Notes: generated by a model not told the origin, from the letters alone. Shown: positions 9,619 to 20,440, counted from the stretch's first letter. The stretch is 64,000 bases of DNA from a bacterium (GCA_965249485.1 OZ252239.1:2368001-2432000), one strand, 5' to 3'. Translations and numbers: made by a program.

Positions 9619-12216
9619 TTAATAATACAATGCATTGAATAACAATTTGAAGTTTCTATTTGATTGTGCCCGGTTTTGGACATTGAATCCAAAAAGGATA
9701 ACCTTTCCTTTTTCAATTGCAACATCCAGAATTGCCGCATGACCTGCAACATATTCCTCACCGATTAACCAACCACTTGCAAGGACAGACTGATCCGGAT
9801 AATGTGCGACAAAGGTGGCCAACAAATCGTCATCTATAGCTTCGCCATTTTCTTCATCAGATACTATTTCAAAGGCATTTCCGTTTGAAAAATACCCAAT
9901 CCCTTCACCTTTCATTCCAAATGTCAGTTCATGAGACGTATCTAATTCAATATTAAACAGAGACCCGGGCGCAACAAAATCAGCATCGGTTAATTCATCT
10001 ACTGAATTGATAACTGGAATATCAAATGCATCAATTGCTAAACCCGTTGATGCATTATTGCAGATCAATGTTCCGCCTTCCTTAACAAAACGGACAAGAT
10101 TGTCAACTCCATCCTGTGTAATTCCACCGGCAAATTCGGGAGAAATTGTCCCTTTCATATGACCGTTTATAATCGAGTTTGCTCTCTGGTCAGATAAAAC
10201 GATTACGTCAAAGCGGTCTCTGAGTTTACCTGCTTTTATTTCTGCATCAACCAGCATTGAATACGGTATGGAATATCGCTCAAAAAGGAGTGATATCCAT
10301 CCGGCATCCATATTTGCTACCCATGATTTATAGAGTCCAACCCGCGGCTGATTAAGTGGTTTGAGTGGTGCCCGAACAGTGCTGCCGCGCATTGCAATAC
10401 CCGTTGCTTCGGAAATTTCTTCAAGACTACCCTTGTTAATACTCCCAGCATCAGTCACAAAAGCACCGCGAGAGAATTCGATACTATTTATGGAGAGTGG
10501 TTCCTGTGCTCTATGAACGGTACCGCCCTCTTCCATAATAAGGTTGACTGCTTTGTAACTGTTATTATCTGTAGATGAAAATACAAAATGCGAGCCATTT
10601 CCCAGAACGTTTCCTTGAGCAATTGTGGCATTTTCAATACGCGACATTGCTACGGATATTGGAGTATGGATAGTGCCACTCTCAATACCGAATTGGAATG
10701 GAATTGTCCAGCCTGCACCATCATACGTACCAATAGGGTCAATATCATCTTTTGTGGGACGCGCTCCTTTCCAAAGGCTGGGATACTCCCGAAGATCGGG
10801 AAAATCCTGAGTTTCCATTAAACTTTTTACGTATAAGCCGAATGGCTGGCTCGTGGGGATTATATATGAACCTGAGGAATATGGAATTCCGTCTTGCGTA
10901 AAATCATCATCTGCCCTGTAAACCTCGATTCCTGAATTGATGAAGTTGTTTAATACCTGGACAGTTGTGCTTACATCTCGTTGGTTAGAAGAAATTATCC
11001 ATCCATAAGGAGGCTCACTGCTAAACCGTTCTATATTATCAGAACCCAATTTCCATTTACTAAAAAGCAGCTCATAACGGTATTTAGCTGCAACTTCCAA
11101 AACCGATTTAGTAGTTGTTAAATTATAGGATACAGCATCACCGATCCTCCACCATCCGCCTTTCCATGGACTTGGATAAAACTGCCCGACTTGAAAGGTT
11201 TTGTATTCTTCAGGAAATTCGCTGGCGGGATAATAGTGTGGAGTCGCATATCGGAACAGTCCTGTTTCAGACATGACTGCAGGCGTATTCTGGCCTTCAA
11301 TGAGTGTCTTTAGGAAACCGGGATACCAGGGATTAAATATCGTTCGTGAAATTGCTCCCGGTTGATCGTTGAGGTCGAGCGCTCTTGCCATTTCTGTTCC
11401 GATGAGGTTCACCCACCGGGTAATAACAGGGTGTGTATTCGGATTTGTCGGCTCACCGAAAGGTGGAACCCATATCCGGGAAGGGAAAGGAGCTGTTTGG
11501 TGTTGGTTGTAATGAACTTGCAGAAACCATTCTTGGCCTGTTAGCCGGTTCATGTTCCACGTTTCCACAGCGTTTGCAATGAAAGAATCCCGATTGTTAT
11601 CATGACCAATATATTTATGGTACAATTCCGGCATAGGACTTATTTCATATTGCGTTCCGATATTCTTCATGTACCACTCAGCAACCTTTGTTACTCCATC
11701 GGGATTAGGAAACAATAAGAGAAATATAACATTGTCTCTAATTAATCGGGTTTGTCTATCTTCGCCAGTGACAATATCATATGCAAGCTGAATATTGACC
11801 AGTGACGGCGCAACTTCAGTCGAGTGGAGTCCGCCGTCTATCCAGACAACCGCTTTTCCTTCTTCAGCAAGGCTTTCTGCCTCTTCTAAAGATACTCCCC
11901 TGACAAGACTTAATTTTCGAGAGATTTCTTTGTATCGCTCTAGATTATTCATATTCTCTGCTGAGGATATGATCGCATACTGCATGAGCCTGCCTTCTGT
12001 GGTTTGTCCCATATCATGTATCTGGATTCTGTTGGATTCTTCAGCAAGGAGCTCCAAATAACCTATAATTTGCTCAAATGTTGCCAATTTAAAGTCATCT
12101 CCCGGTTTAAAACCCAGATACTCTTCAGGGAGAGTAACCTGCCCGGTACTCATTTGAGGCAATAGAGCAATAATCATGATTGCTGCCAGGATGAGTCTGC
12201 GGGTATATGTGCGCAT
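9619..12216 (-). CDS. Secreted M14 zinc carboxypeptidase family protein with C-terminal GATase-like domain
   Basis: Signal peptide; GGLHSTE, NPDG, HDNNRD and HQ motifs; C-terminal FVKEGGTLI region. Confidence 0.88.
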   Translation of the reverse strand: MRTYTRRLILAAIMIIALLPQMSTGQVTLPEEYLGFKPGDDFKLATFEQIIGYLELLAEESNRIQIHDMGQTTEGRLMQYAIISSAENMNNLERYKEISRKLSLVRGVSLEEAESLAEEGKAVVWIDGGLHSTEVAPSLVNIQLAYDIVTGEDRQTRLIRDNVIFLLLFPNPDGVTKVAEWYMKNIGTQYEISPMPELYHKYIGHDNNRDSFIANAVETWNMNRLTGQEWFLQVHYNQHQTAPFPSRIWVPPFGEPTNPNTHPVITRWVNLIGTEMARALDLNDQPGAISRTIFNPWYPGFLKTLIEGQNTPAVMSETGLFRYATPHYYPASEFPEEYKTFQVGQFYPSPWKGGWWRIGDAVSYNLTTTKSVLEVAAKYRYELLFSKWKLGSDNIERFSSEPPYGWIISSNQRDVSTTVQVLNNFINSGIEVYRADDDFTQDGIPYSSGSYIIPTSQPFGLYVKSLMETQDFPDLREYPSLWKGARPTKDDIDPIGTYDGAGWTIPFQFGIESGTIHTPISVAMSRIENATIAQGNVLGNGSHFVFSSTDNNSYKAVNLIMEEGGTVHRAQEPLSINSIEFSRGAFVTDAGSINKGSLEEISEATGIAMRGSTVRAPLKPLNQPRVGLYKSWVANMDAGWISLLFERYSIPYSMLVDAEIKAGKLRDRFDVIVLSDQRANSIINGHMKGTISPEFAGGITQDGVDNLVRFVKEGGTLICNNASTGLAIDAFDIPVINSVDELTDADFVAPGSLFNIELDTSHELTFGMKGEGIGYFSNGNAFEIVSDEENGEAIDDDLLATFVAHYPDQSVLASGWLIGEEYVAGHAAILDVAIEKGKVILFGFNVQNRAQSNRNFKLLFNALYY

Positions 12217-12437
12217 AGTAATTCCTCCGGTTAACTACATGAAAAATAATGATTGTAGATAAAAAGCAGCGATGCGATTTGATGAAAATAAGATATATTC
12301 TTTATGAAAGGTAGTGCAACAATCTACTTGTTCATATAAACAATTTCAATATTTTTCTGCAATTACATTCAATAGCCTAAGATATATTTCAATACATTGT
12401 ATAGAATATGTGAGTTATATATATTTCATAATTTTAA

Positions 12438-12487
12438 TTGAAAGTGCCTGACGGTAAAACATTGAACTTACTGGCATGCGCTTTCAA
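12438..12487. terminator. Imperfect long hairpin, possible terminator of the RTX-repeat gene
   Basis: Arms TTGAAAGTGC/GCGCTTTCAA plus CGGTAA/TTACTG, about 20 nt past the stop at 12509. Confidence 0.4.
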
Positions 12488-12508
12488 ATTATCACAACAC
12501 AAGTGAAA

Positions 12509-13747
12509 TTAGAGTTCAATTTTTCTGTCGCTGAACTGCAAGATTTCAATATTCATAAGCGTGTCGGTCCCATCCCGATCGGAAATGGAGTCGTGGACTA
12601 TTGTTTTTTCTCCATCTTTTAATGAGTATTCAGCGAAAACTCCTGAATAAACAGCCGTGTCATTGCCGCTACCTCCATCAATCTGATCATCTCCGCCGCT
12701 GCCGCGAATTGTATTCATACCATTATTACCGGTTAAGGTGTTGTCATGCCCGTTTCCGTTAAGATTTGCATTGTTGCTTCCGGTCAATATAACATTTGTT
12801 AAGTGCTGAGATTTATAGGTATATCGAACTGAAGCATCAAACTCGATTGAGTACGTCTCTTCAAAACTCTCCGGCAACTGAGGAGTGTAAGTGAGGTATG
12901 GATGAAAGAATTTCGTAACAAGTTCGTAGCCAACCGGATCATTTTCTTGGAGTGTAGCACGGGAATTACCTGCACGGTATGCTCCGAAGTGAGAAGTCCC
13001 TTCGACAACTTCATCCATATTAATCGGATTTCCTTCATAAACAGTCGGATAGGACTTCCAAAGATCCAGATAATGGTCATAGATAACCGCAATATATTCG
13101 TTTGCATCGCCCCATGATGTCCATAAATCTCGTACTTCCATATCCTCATGTTGTGCCACGATTTCTGCCTGATATTCCGGTAGTGCAGGTTTAATCCCAT
13201 AATCATGTATCAAGTGGAGAATTTCCTCGTAGCTTGCGTCACGGGTTCTGTGGGCCATATAATTTTCCGTCCCTTCGGGCGGGTTTTCATTTGCACGAAG
13301 ATCCTGCATACTGAGGTCAGTAGACCTCCCAAGATCACCGCGCATAGCTTGCCGCATGTCTTCGGGAGTGTTAAAAAGGACCATAGTTGCCTTGCGGTCA
13401 GACATGGCGTTTGCAACGATTGATTTGTCGTTACCGTATTCTGAACCGGGGAAATCCGTTAATATGTGTTCCATAACATTTCTTGCCTTAACGATCTGCA
13501 GTTCAGTCCATCCCGATTGTGCTAAGAAGTGTATTGGTTTACCATTGGGAGCATACGTTTTAGTATATTTTGAAAACCAATTTGTAAACACTTCCGGTGT
13601 ATTGTCGGGGAGCGGTACAACGCCGTTCGGTGATGCAGAAATATCGATTTCAGGCAAAGTTACACTACCCGAATTCTCGCCGAATTGTGCGTCTGCACAG
13701 GCACCGAACAAAAATATTATCATAATTACAGCATTACAACGCTTCAT
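12509..13747 (-). CDS. Secreted zincin-like protein with C-terminal RTX/hemolysin-type Ca-binding repeats
   Basis: ATG 13747 after GGAGG; signal peptide. EEILHLIH motif with downstream NEY. Nonapeptides LTGNNGMNT/IRGSGGDDQ/IDGGSGNDT and a DGTDTLMNIEILQFSD tail. Confidence 0.7.
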   Translation of the reverse strand: MKRCNAVIMIIFLFGACADAQFGENSGSVTLPEIDISASPNGVVPLPDNTPEVFTNWFSKYTKTYAPNGKPIHFLAQSGWTELQIVKARNVMEHILTDFPGSEYGNDKSIVANAMSDRKATMVLFNTPEDMRQAMRGDLGRSTDLSMQDLRANENPPEGTENYMAHRTRDASYEEILHLIHDYGIKPALPEYQAEIVAQHEDMEVRDLWTSWGDANEYIAVIYDHYLDLWKSYPTVYEGNPINMDEVVEGTSHFGAYRAGNSRATLQENDPVGYELVTKFFHPYLTYTPQLPESFEETYSIEFDASVRYTYKSQHLTNVILTGSNNANLNGNGHDNTLTGNNGMNTIRGSGGDDQIDGGSGNDTAVYSGVFAEYSLKDGEKTIVHDSISDRDGTDTLMNIEILQFSDRKIEL

Positions 13748-14050
13748 TCTTACCTCCATATTACGCGATTATGTTATCAATATAACGTTTTAATAGATAG
13801 CTACTTTTTTAAATAACTGATTATGAAACAAAAGGAGTTATACAATTTGTTATAGCAATATAATTGAAATTGCGCACTAAACTATTGTGAATACTGGGAA
13901 AATAAAAATAAAAGTGTACTTAAGTGTTATACTGTTGAAGTGCAATTTTCTTCAAAATTGAATTAAAAATCACTGGAATACATGAAGGGGGTAGTGCAGA
14001 TTTAATAGTTGATTTGCAGGCTGACTCGTTGAGATGAAAAAAGAAGTGGA

Positions 14051-14258
14051 TTAATTTTTCTCATTTTCTGATTGGGCAATAAGTTTTGCATCATAGTTGG
14101 GACAAAGATTATGAGCGAATTCTGCTTTCGAATGCATAGTAATATTCGTCATAATCTGATTCCAATATTCTTTATCATCTCTGATTTTTTTGCATTGTGA
14201 TCTTTTGGGAATCAATCTGCTCAATTTTTTAACTGCTTTAATGCAATTCATTGTGTGA
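14051..14258 (-). pseudogene. Decayed copy of the 'CKKIRDD' C-terminal domain of the adjacent TPR sensor
   Basis: KLSRLIPKRSQCKKIRDDKEYWNQI..HSKAEFAHNLCPNY aligns with TLSGLLPICSGCKKIRDDKGYWEQI..HSHAEFTHGLCPAC. Two of four Cys are lost and there is a 1-nt frameshift just upstream (HNELH/KAVKK vs HNKLQKAINK). Confidence 0.75.
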
Positions 14259-14379
14259 CAACCAAATTTGAATGATAATAAATGAAAAGCAATTAGGTGA
14301 TTAAGTAGCGCATGATTAATATGAAAATAACAATTTATATTCTCTGTATCTGACGTAAGGATTTCATTGTTATCTGAAA

Positions 14380-16269
14380 TTATTTAGAGGTATTATCTTT
14401 TTTTTTCTGCTCCTTTAACTCATTAATTTCAACCAGATATTTATCAAGACATGCCGGGCAAAGGCCGTGGGTGAACTCCGCATGTGAGTGCTGTTGAATG
14501 TAGACCTCAATCTGTTCCCAGTATCCTTTGTCGTCTCTAATTTTCTTGCATCCTGAACAAATAGGGAGAAGACCGCTTAGTGTCTTGATCTTATTAATTG
14601 CTTTTTGGAGTTTATTATGGGCGATTGTTTTGAACCGGTACCGATTGTAGATTCCGACAGCAAATATCAGTATGAGAAACAGGCCGGCAATCGAGACATT
14701 TCTGATCAGTGTTTGTCTTCCGAGTTCTAGCTCATGAATTACATTTTCCTGCTGCAGCCCGCGGATTTCATTATCTTTTTGCTCTAATTTGTGCCGTGCG
14801 TCCATAGCAGCAATTTGACCACCGCTCGTTGCTTTAGCTATACTGTCACTTATAGCATCAGAAAGTTCATGGTATTCGAATGCTTTTTCATAATCACCAA
14901 GTTCTGCATAAAGAAAGGAAAGAGATTCATAAGCAGCAACAATATCAATTGAAATATCGTTTTTAAGAGCAAGATCTAAAGCTCTATAAACATATTGTGT
15001 TGCTGTAAACAAATCATCCATTGCAATATAATATAAGCTGAGAAGGGTGTTAGCATTGATTTCAAAATATTTCTCTTCCAGATCTTCAGCAATTTGCAGT
15101 GCTTCCCGGTAATAACCTAAAGCACGATCATACTGCCTTAAATTGAGATAAACATTCCCGATATCGCCAAGACTTTCGCTTAAACCGCCGAATTCGTTAT
15201 TATCGCGGGCGACATCAACAGCTCGTTGCAGGAAATCAATTGCTCTATCATAATTTTCTAATCCGAGGTATGCCAGACCGCTCATAGAATACGCATTTCC
15301 GATTTCCTCTTGCATGACTCTTCTCTCAAAGACTTCCACAGCTCTGAGAAAGTAATTGAGTGCATCCGTATATTCATTTTGCTCCAACACCATTTCACCA
15401 TTACTCATTAATGTTAAAGCGTAAGCTTCTTCATAACCGACCGATTCGGTGATTTCAATTACTTCATCGCGGAGGGCTTTCGCTTGCTCGATATTGTTTA
15501 CATCCTCGTGGAGGTCTGCCATACTGTTTTTGAGTACAATGGTCCGTGACAAAGTGTTTGCTTTTTCCGAATACTCCTGAGCAGTGAGGTAATACCATAT
15601 CGCATTGTCATGGTCACCGAACTGGGCGTATACATCACCTATATGGCCGTTGATTAATCCTGTTTTCGCATCATTTTGTAAATATTCAGCGATTCTGAGC
15701 GCTTCCAAATAAAATTCGATTGCTTTGTCAATATTTTCATAATAAAAATAATAATTTCCAAATTCAGTTAGAGATATGAGCATTGTTAGGTCATCACCAG
15801 AAGCTTCAGCAACTCTTTTCAACGTTTCCAAAGTATTGAATGCGCTTTCCTTATCGTCTAATGCAATGTAAGTCTGCACTATCATCTCATAAGTCTGAGC
15901 TAACATCTCATTTGTGACAGTGCTGTTTGCACTGATTCTGGATTGTTCCGCATACGATAGTGCATCCTGAAAATACAGGAAGGCAGTATCGTGATCTTCA
16001 ATCTGGTCTAAGTATATAATTCCTAAATGGATTAATGCAAGGAATGTTTGGTAGGTATCTTCAAATTCTTTTGCAATAGTAAGTGCTTCATTGCTGTACT
16101 CTAACCGATCATCAACTGAAACACCCCATTCCTCTGCCCCGATTTGATTCAAAATGACTAGTCTGTCACGATTATTAGATTGAGACAGAAGGCTTACCAA
16201 GCTATCTATGTTGGTTTGAGAAAATGCATTTCCGGCCCAGAATAACAAAATTAAAAAACACAATTTCAT
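14380..16269 (-). CDS. Periplasmic TPR-repeat membrane sensor with cytoplasmic CxxC..CxxC 'CKKIRDD' domain
   Basis: ATG 16269 after GGAGGAGG; signal peptide AFS|QTNIDSL; about 9 TPRs, coiled coil and one TM helix, then LPICSGCKKIRDD..HGLCPAC. Confidence 0.88.
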   Translation of the reverse strand: MKLCFLILLFWAGNAFSQTNIDSLVSLLSQSNNRDRLVILNQIGAEEWGVSVDDRLEYSNEALTIAKEFEDTYQTFLALIHLGIIYLDQIEDHDTAFLYFQDALSYAEQSRISANSTVTNEMLAQTYEMIVQTYIALDDKESAFNTLETLKRVAEASGDDLTMLISLTEFGNYYFYYENIDKAIEFYLEALRIAEYLQNDAKTGLINGHIGDVYAQFGDHDNAIWYYLTAQEYSEKANTLSRTIVLKNSMADLHEDVNNIEQAKALRDEVIEITESVGYEEAYALTLMSNGEMVLEQNEYTDALNYFLRAVEVFERRVMQEEIGNAYSMSGLAYLGLENYDRAIDFLQRAVDVARDNNEFGGLSESLGDIGNVYLNLRQYDRALGYYREALQIAEDLEEKYFEINANTLLSLYYIAMDDLFTATQYVYRALDLALKNDISIDIVAAYESLSFLYAELGDYEKAFEYHELSDAISDSIAKATSGGQIAAMDARHKLEQKDNEIRGLQQENVIHELELGRQTLIRNVSIAGLFLILIFAVGIYNRYRFKTIAHNKLQKAINKIKTLSGLLPICSGCKKIRDDKGYWEQIEVYIQQHSHAEFTHGLCPACLDKYLVEINELKEQKKKDNTSK

Positions 16270-16356
16270 TATAGTCCTCCTCCACACACTATACCTCTTA
16301 TAACTCGAATTATTTACCATTCTAAGCTTATCTGGATATGCCATGCTGCTGTTAAA

Positions 16357-16947
16357 TTAATTCGTTGCAATGGCACGTTCAAGGAGCTTGGTGCACCGTT
16401 CGGAATAGTCTAATTTACAAGCAATATCTTGCGCTTTTTTCGACATTTTCTGCCATGTACGTCGGAGAATCCTTATCATTGATTCATCGTTTTCATTTCC
16501 AGCTAAGTATTCGAATTGGTGCTCTAAAAAAACAAGACAAAGAGCATCTTCTAACGTTTGAGAAGGAGAATCGTTCTTATTGAGGTCTTTCTTAGTGATG
16601 AGACGACGTACATTTGTTATTGCACCGATATCATAACCATTTTTGGCCATGATTTCCGCAACTTTTTGAGCGTGAAACACTTTAAGACTGTTCCGCCATT
16701 TATGGTAGCCTGACCGATTCTTGGGGAAATCTTCTCGCGGAATAGTCCAGCGGCATATATGTATACCTCTGGCAGCAATCAACAGCTCTTCCGATGCTGT
16801 AGGGTCAAGTTTTTTCACCCACACTGTGTGCCAATTAGAAAATGCAATTTCCTTGGGTATTGATTTGTTGTTTAACTCAATACTGTTCGGATCGTTACTG
16901 TTTGCTCTATCTATTTCAAGAATCGTATTCTTGTATCGGATGTCCAC
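16357..16947 (-). CDS. DUF4202 family protein
   Basis: IDRANSNDPN, HICRWTIPREDFP..RSGYHKWR, QTLEDALCLVFLE and TWQKMS motifs. GTG start at 16947 after a G-run SD is inferred. Confidence 0.85.
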   Translation of the reverse strand: MDIRYKNTILEIDRANSNDPNSIELNNKSIPKEIAFSNWHTVWVKKLDPTASEELLIAARGIHICRWTIPREDFPKNRSGYHKWRNSLKVFHAQKVAEIMAKNGYDIGAITNVRRLITKKDLNKNDSPSQTLEDALCLVFLEHQFEYLAGNENDESMIRILRRTWQKMSKKAQDIACKLDYSERCTKLLERAIATN

Positions 16948-17175
16948 ACTGCCCCCCCGCAATTTTAAATGTGGGGTATAATTTGACACATTATCTATGA
17001 ATGACAAACACAAAAAGTTAAAATATAAGGTAGACTTTCAATTTGTGCAAGCCATATTACTTTAATACATTATTACCATGCTGTTGTAAGATATTGATAT
17101 CATTAATCGGATAATTTTCAATAAAATATAGCAATTATTCTGAAAATTTCAATGATTGAATATAATTGTATGAGT

Positions 17176-17197
17176 GAATTTGATCTGCATCACATTT
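17176..17197. promoter_or_regulatory. CRP/FNR-family operator-like palindrome
   Basis: GAATTTGATCTGCATCACATTT matches 18/22 of the CRP consensus, and its core TTGAT-N4-ATCAC matches 9/10 of the FNR box. Lies in a divergent intergenic region. Confidence 0.4.
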
Positions 17198-17285
17198 TGT
17201 ACACATGATTTATAAGAATTAAGATAAGGTGTTGGACAACAAAATATATTCAAGGACGAATATAGTGATAGTGGACAAAAATAAA

Positions 17286-17314
17286 TTGACATAATTAGTA
17301 TAAGTTAGTACTAT
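17286..17314 (+). promoter_or_regulatory. Sigma70-type promoter of the glycosylation operon
   Basis: TTGACA-N17-TACTAT. Confidence 0.6.
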
Positions 17315-17510
17315 ATATATTGATTATTTTAATTATTACTGCTTAAAAATTGCATATATAGTGCAATGGGCTTAAATGTCTGGATCCGGAAAATTCTTAT
17401 TGAATCAGGCAAGCGTGATAATTTTAAATTTATTTTAGCAATATGACGATATCCAGAATAATAGGGCGGGAGATACTCATCATACTCTTCATACCAATCA
17501 CACTACAGAG

Positions 17511-19379
17511 ATGACAAAAAATATAAACAAGTCTCGCAAAAAACATCCTGTTCAGAAAAAAAATAACTTTACAAGATTACCTGCAATATGGTCTGGTATT
17601 TGTTCCGGCAGCTTAATTCTCATCACGATTTTCTATTATTGGCAGGATTTATTTCCGGAACAGTCTCCTCTTCAAATAGTCAGATTAGCTGTATACAGTA
17701 TTTTAGCAGTTTGTTTTATATATGCTGCATTCATGCATTGCACATTCCCTGAAAGTAAACCTCATTATAAACAGCTAAAAATCATTGTTTTTTTGACAGT
17801 GGGAGTATACTATATTCTTGCTGTAAATACCGAATGGTATTTTGGAGGTGATGCGGGAATGTATATTGTCCTTACAAAATCTTTGGCAACGTTTCAAGGT
17901 TTTGTTGACCTTAATGAGTTTTCGATGCGGCCTCACACTCAATATGGTTTTGGATTACCAATACTGCTAGTTCCTGCATATTGGATGTTTGGTCCCTCAA
18001 TGACAGCATTCAATGCAACTCTTGCATTTGTTTCAATTGGATTTATCTATTGTTTATATCTCCTTTTTCGAAATCAACTTGGTTCATATCTGATAATAAT
18101 GTTTATTATTGCGATTGGAGTGAACTATTGGGTAGTTCAATTTAGCACAGTTGTGATGACAGAAGCGCCGTTTTATTTATCTCTTGTTTTGACATTTTTA
18201 GCAGTTTATCAGTATGACAAAGAAGAAAAAACACTTGGAAAATGGTTTTGGGCAGTTGTGCTATTAACGTATTTTACTTATCAGGTTAAGGCAATCGGTG
18301 TGGGACTTATCGGTGCAGTTATTCTTTATTTTTTGATTCGAAAAAGTTTTCGAAAAGCGGGTGTAACTGCTTTGTCATTGATGTTGCTTTTCCTTGCATG
18401 GAATATCCGAAATTATTTCAGCGGCAGTCTTGGTTATTTTGATTATTTACTTAATGTGTTAAGTGCTGAACAGGGTTCAAGTATAGGTGCTCATGAAGAA
18501 GGATTAGGATTTATTGGCAATGTTTTTTGGAAACCTATCCGGAATTTGATATATGGTTGGAAGTTCTTAACTCCAATGATATTTTCGTCTACAGGAGAAG
18601 TGAAATGGATACCAATCCAAATATTTCTTTTGATAGTAGGATATTATGGATTCATCATACATAGTATTAAAAAGCGCACGGTTTATGATATTGTAACGGT
18701 TCTATTTTTTCTTGGGATTACACTTTATTCCGGAGTACTATTTCCTGAGCGGTGGTGGATGCCGTTTATTCCGTTTACGCTCTACTATATTCTATTTGGC
18801 TGGACACAAATTAAAGAATTTTTGCAGAAAAAAATAACATCCGATTCCCTTGATCAAGTGTTTCGAATTTTAGCTGTAATATTTTTAGGAGTTGTTTTTG
18901 CGCTTGGCATTCAAACATCTGATCCGGTAATTGTCCGAAGTCATGCTGCAGAAAAAAGTTCACCAGGTGCAAAAGCATATGTAGAAGCTGCTCGATGGGT
19001 TAAAGATAATACCCCTGAAGATGCGAGAATTGCGTCCCGCCTTGATAAAGAATTTTATATCATTTCCGACAGACAAGGTATCAACTCAAGAGTATGGCAT
19101 AAATTTGAATACACATATAATGAAGCAATGCGAGATGAGGTACTTACAAATCTACAGGAATTAGTTGTGAAATATGAAATAGATTATTGGATACTGGATA
19201 CTACCAGAACCGATTCACGGGTTACGATTATGGTCCTTCAGAAGAATCCGGAAAAGTTCCAAAACATGTTTGAGATTTTGTATGCTTATCCACAACCACC
19301 CAATTCCCAAGCATTTGTTCTGAAAGTGAAAAAAGAATGGTTTCGACAATTATCACAAGAAAACGATAGCGAAGGATAG
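17511..19379 (+). CDS. GT-C fold polytopic glycosyltransferase (ArnT/PMT/GT39-like)
   Basis: About 13 TM helices; GGDAGMY loop, VMTEAPF and ERWWMPFIP motifs; C-terminal periplasmic EAARWVKDNTPEDARI domain. Confidence 0.8.
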   Translation: MTKNINKSRKKHPVQKKNNFTRLPAIWSGICSGSLILITIFYYWQDLFPEQSPLQIVRLAVYSILAVCFIYAAFMHCTFPESKPHYKQLKIIVFLTVGVYYILAVNTEWYFGGDAGMYIVLTKSLATFQGFVDLNEFSMRPHTQYGFGLPILLVPAYWMFGPSMTAFNATLAFVSIGFIYCLYLLFRNQLGSYLIIMFIIAIGVNYWVVQFSTVVMTEAPFYLSLVLTFLAVYQYDKEEKTLGKWFWAVVLLTYFTYQVKAIGVGLIGAVILYFLIRKSFRKAGVTALSLMLLFLAWNIRNYFSGSLGYFDYLLNVLSAEQGSSIGAHEEGLGFIGNVFWKPIRNLIYGWKFLTPMIFSSTGEVKWIPIQIFLLIVGYYGFIIHSIKKRTVYDIVTVLFFLGITLYSGVLFPERWWMPFIPFTLYYILFGWTQIKEFLQKKITSDSLDQVFRILAVIFLGVVFALGIQTSDPVIVRSHAAEKSSPGAKAYVEAARWVKDNTPEDARIASRLDKEFYIISDRQGINSRVWHKFEYTYNEAMRDEVLTNLQELVVKYEIDYWILDTTRTDSRVTIMVLQKNPEKFQNMFEILYAYPQPPNSQAFVLKVKKEWFRQLSQENDSEG

Positions 19380-19384
19380 AGCTC

Positions 19385-20440
19385 ATGAAGATCGTATCTG
19401 TCGTTGGTACGCGACCAAATTTCGTAAAAGAATATTCAATATTCAAAGCATGTAAAGCTCATAATGTTGATGAGATAATAATTCATACCGGACAGCATTA
19501 TGACTACGCAATGTCTCAGATTTTTTTTCAGGAGCTTGATATTGCGAAACCCCACTACATCAATGAAATTCTTAAGGGCCGTCAGGGGTATGAGACTGCT
19601 ACTATGATGACTTTTATTGAAGAAGTTCTCATAGAGGAAAAACCGGATGTGACGCTTATTTATGGTGACGTTAATTCAACCGCTGCAGCAGGTCTTGCCT
19701 CGGTTAAATTGAAAATACCGGTTGCTCATGTTGAAGCCGGGCTACGATCAGGGGTACACTATAATCCTGAGGAAATTAATCGAAAAGTTGCAGATGTTGT
19801 TTCAGAGGTTCTATTTCCTCACATTCAAGAAGCATACGATTCACTAATGAACGAAGGATATCCTGAGGATAATGTTTTTTTGGTTGGAGATATAGTAAAA
19901 GACACACTCGATGATATCGTTCAACGATTTAATATTCCAATCGAGAAAAATGGCTACATACTTGCCACGATACATCGAGCTGAAAATACCGATAATAAAA
20001 AAAGACTTACAAGTATAATTGAAGCGCTAATAGAGTCGGAAGCGAATATGAAAATTCCGCTTCATCCGCGAACAAAAAACAAGATGATTGAATATGGCAT
20101 TTATAATACGGTAACCTCCGCGAAGTCTATTGAAGTGATTGAGCCTCTTGGGTATATAGATACCATTCGTTTAATGGCAAAGGCCGATAAAGTTGTGACG
20201 GACAGTGGAGGATTACGGCGTGAAGCATATATGCTCGGAAAGCCGATAATTACTTTAATAGATATTGTCTGGGTTCCATCACTTATAAAAAACGGTTGGA
20301 AGCGAGTATGTGACGCTGATAAAGATAAAATAATTGATGCAATAAAAAATCATAATCCTACCGGACCGCGGGATGAGATTTTTGGTGACGGTCACGCAGC
20401 GGAAAAGATTGTTAAAATTTTATTAGAGAGATTTGGATAA
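19385..20440 (+). CDS. wecB: Non-hydrolysing UDP-N-acetylglucosamine 2-epimerase (WecB/WbpI-like)
   Basis: VGTRPNF, HTGQHYD, GDVNST, HVEAGLRS, PEEINR and TDSGG motifs. Confidence 0.9.
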   Translation: MKIVSVVGTRPNFVKEYSIFKACKAHNVDEIIIHTGQHYDYAMSQIFFQELDIAKPHYINEILKGRQGYETATMMTFIEEVLIEEKPDVTLIYGDVNSTAAAGLASVKLKIPVAHVEAGLRSGVHYNPEEINRKVADVVSEVLFPHIQEAYDSLMNEGYPEDNVFLVGDIVKDTLDDIVQRFNIPIEKNGYILATIHRAENTDNKKRLTSIIEALIESEANMKIPLHPRTKNKMIEYGIYNTVTSAKSIEVIEPLGYIDTIRLMAKADKVVTDSGGLRREAYMLGKPIITLIDIVWVPSLIKNGWKRVCDADKDKIIDAIKNHNPTGPRDEIFGDGHAAEKIVKILLERFG

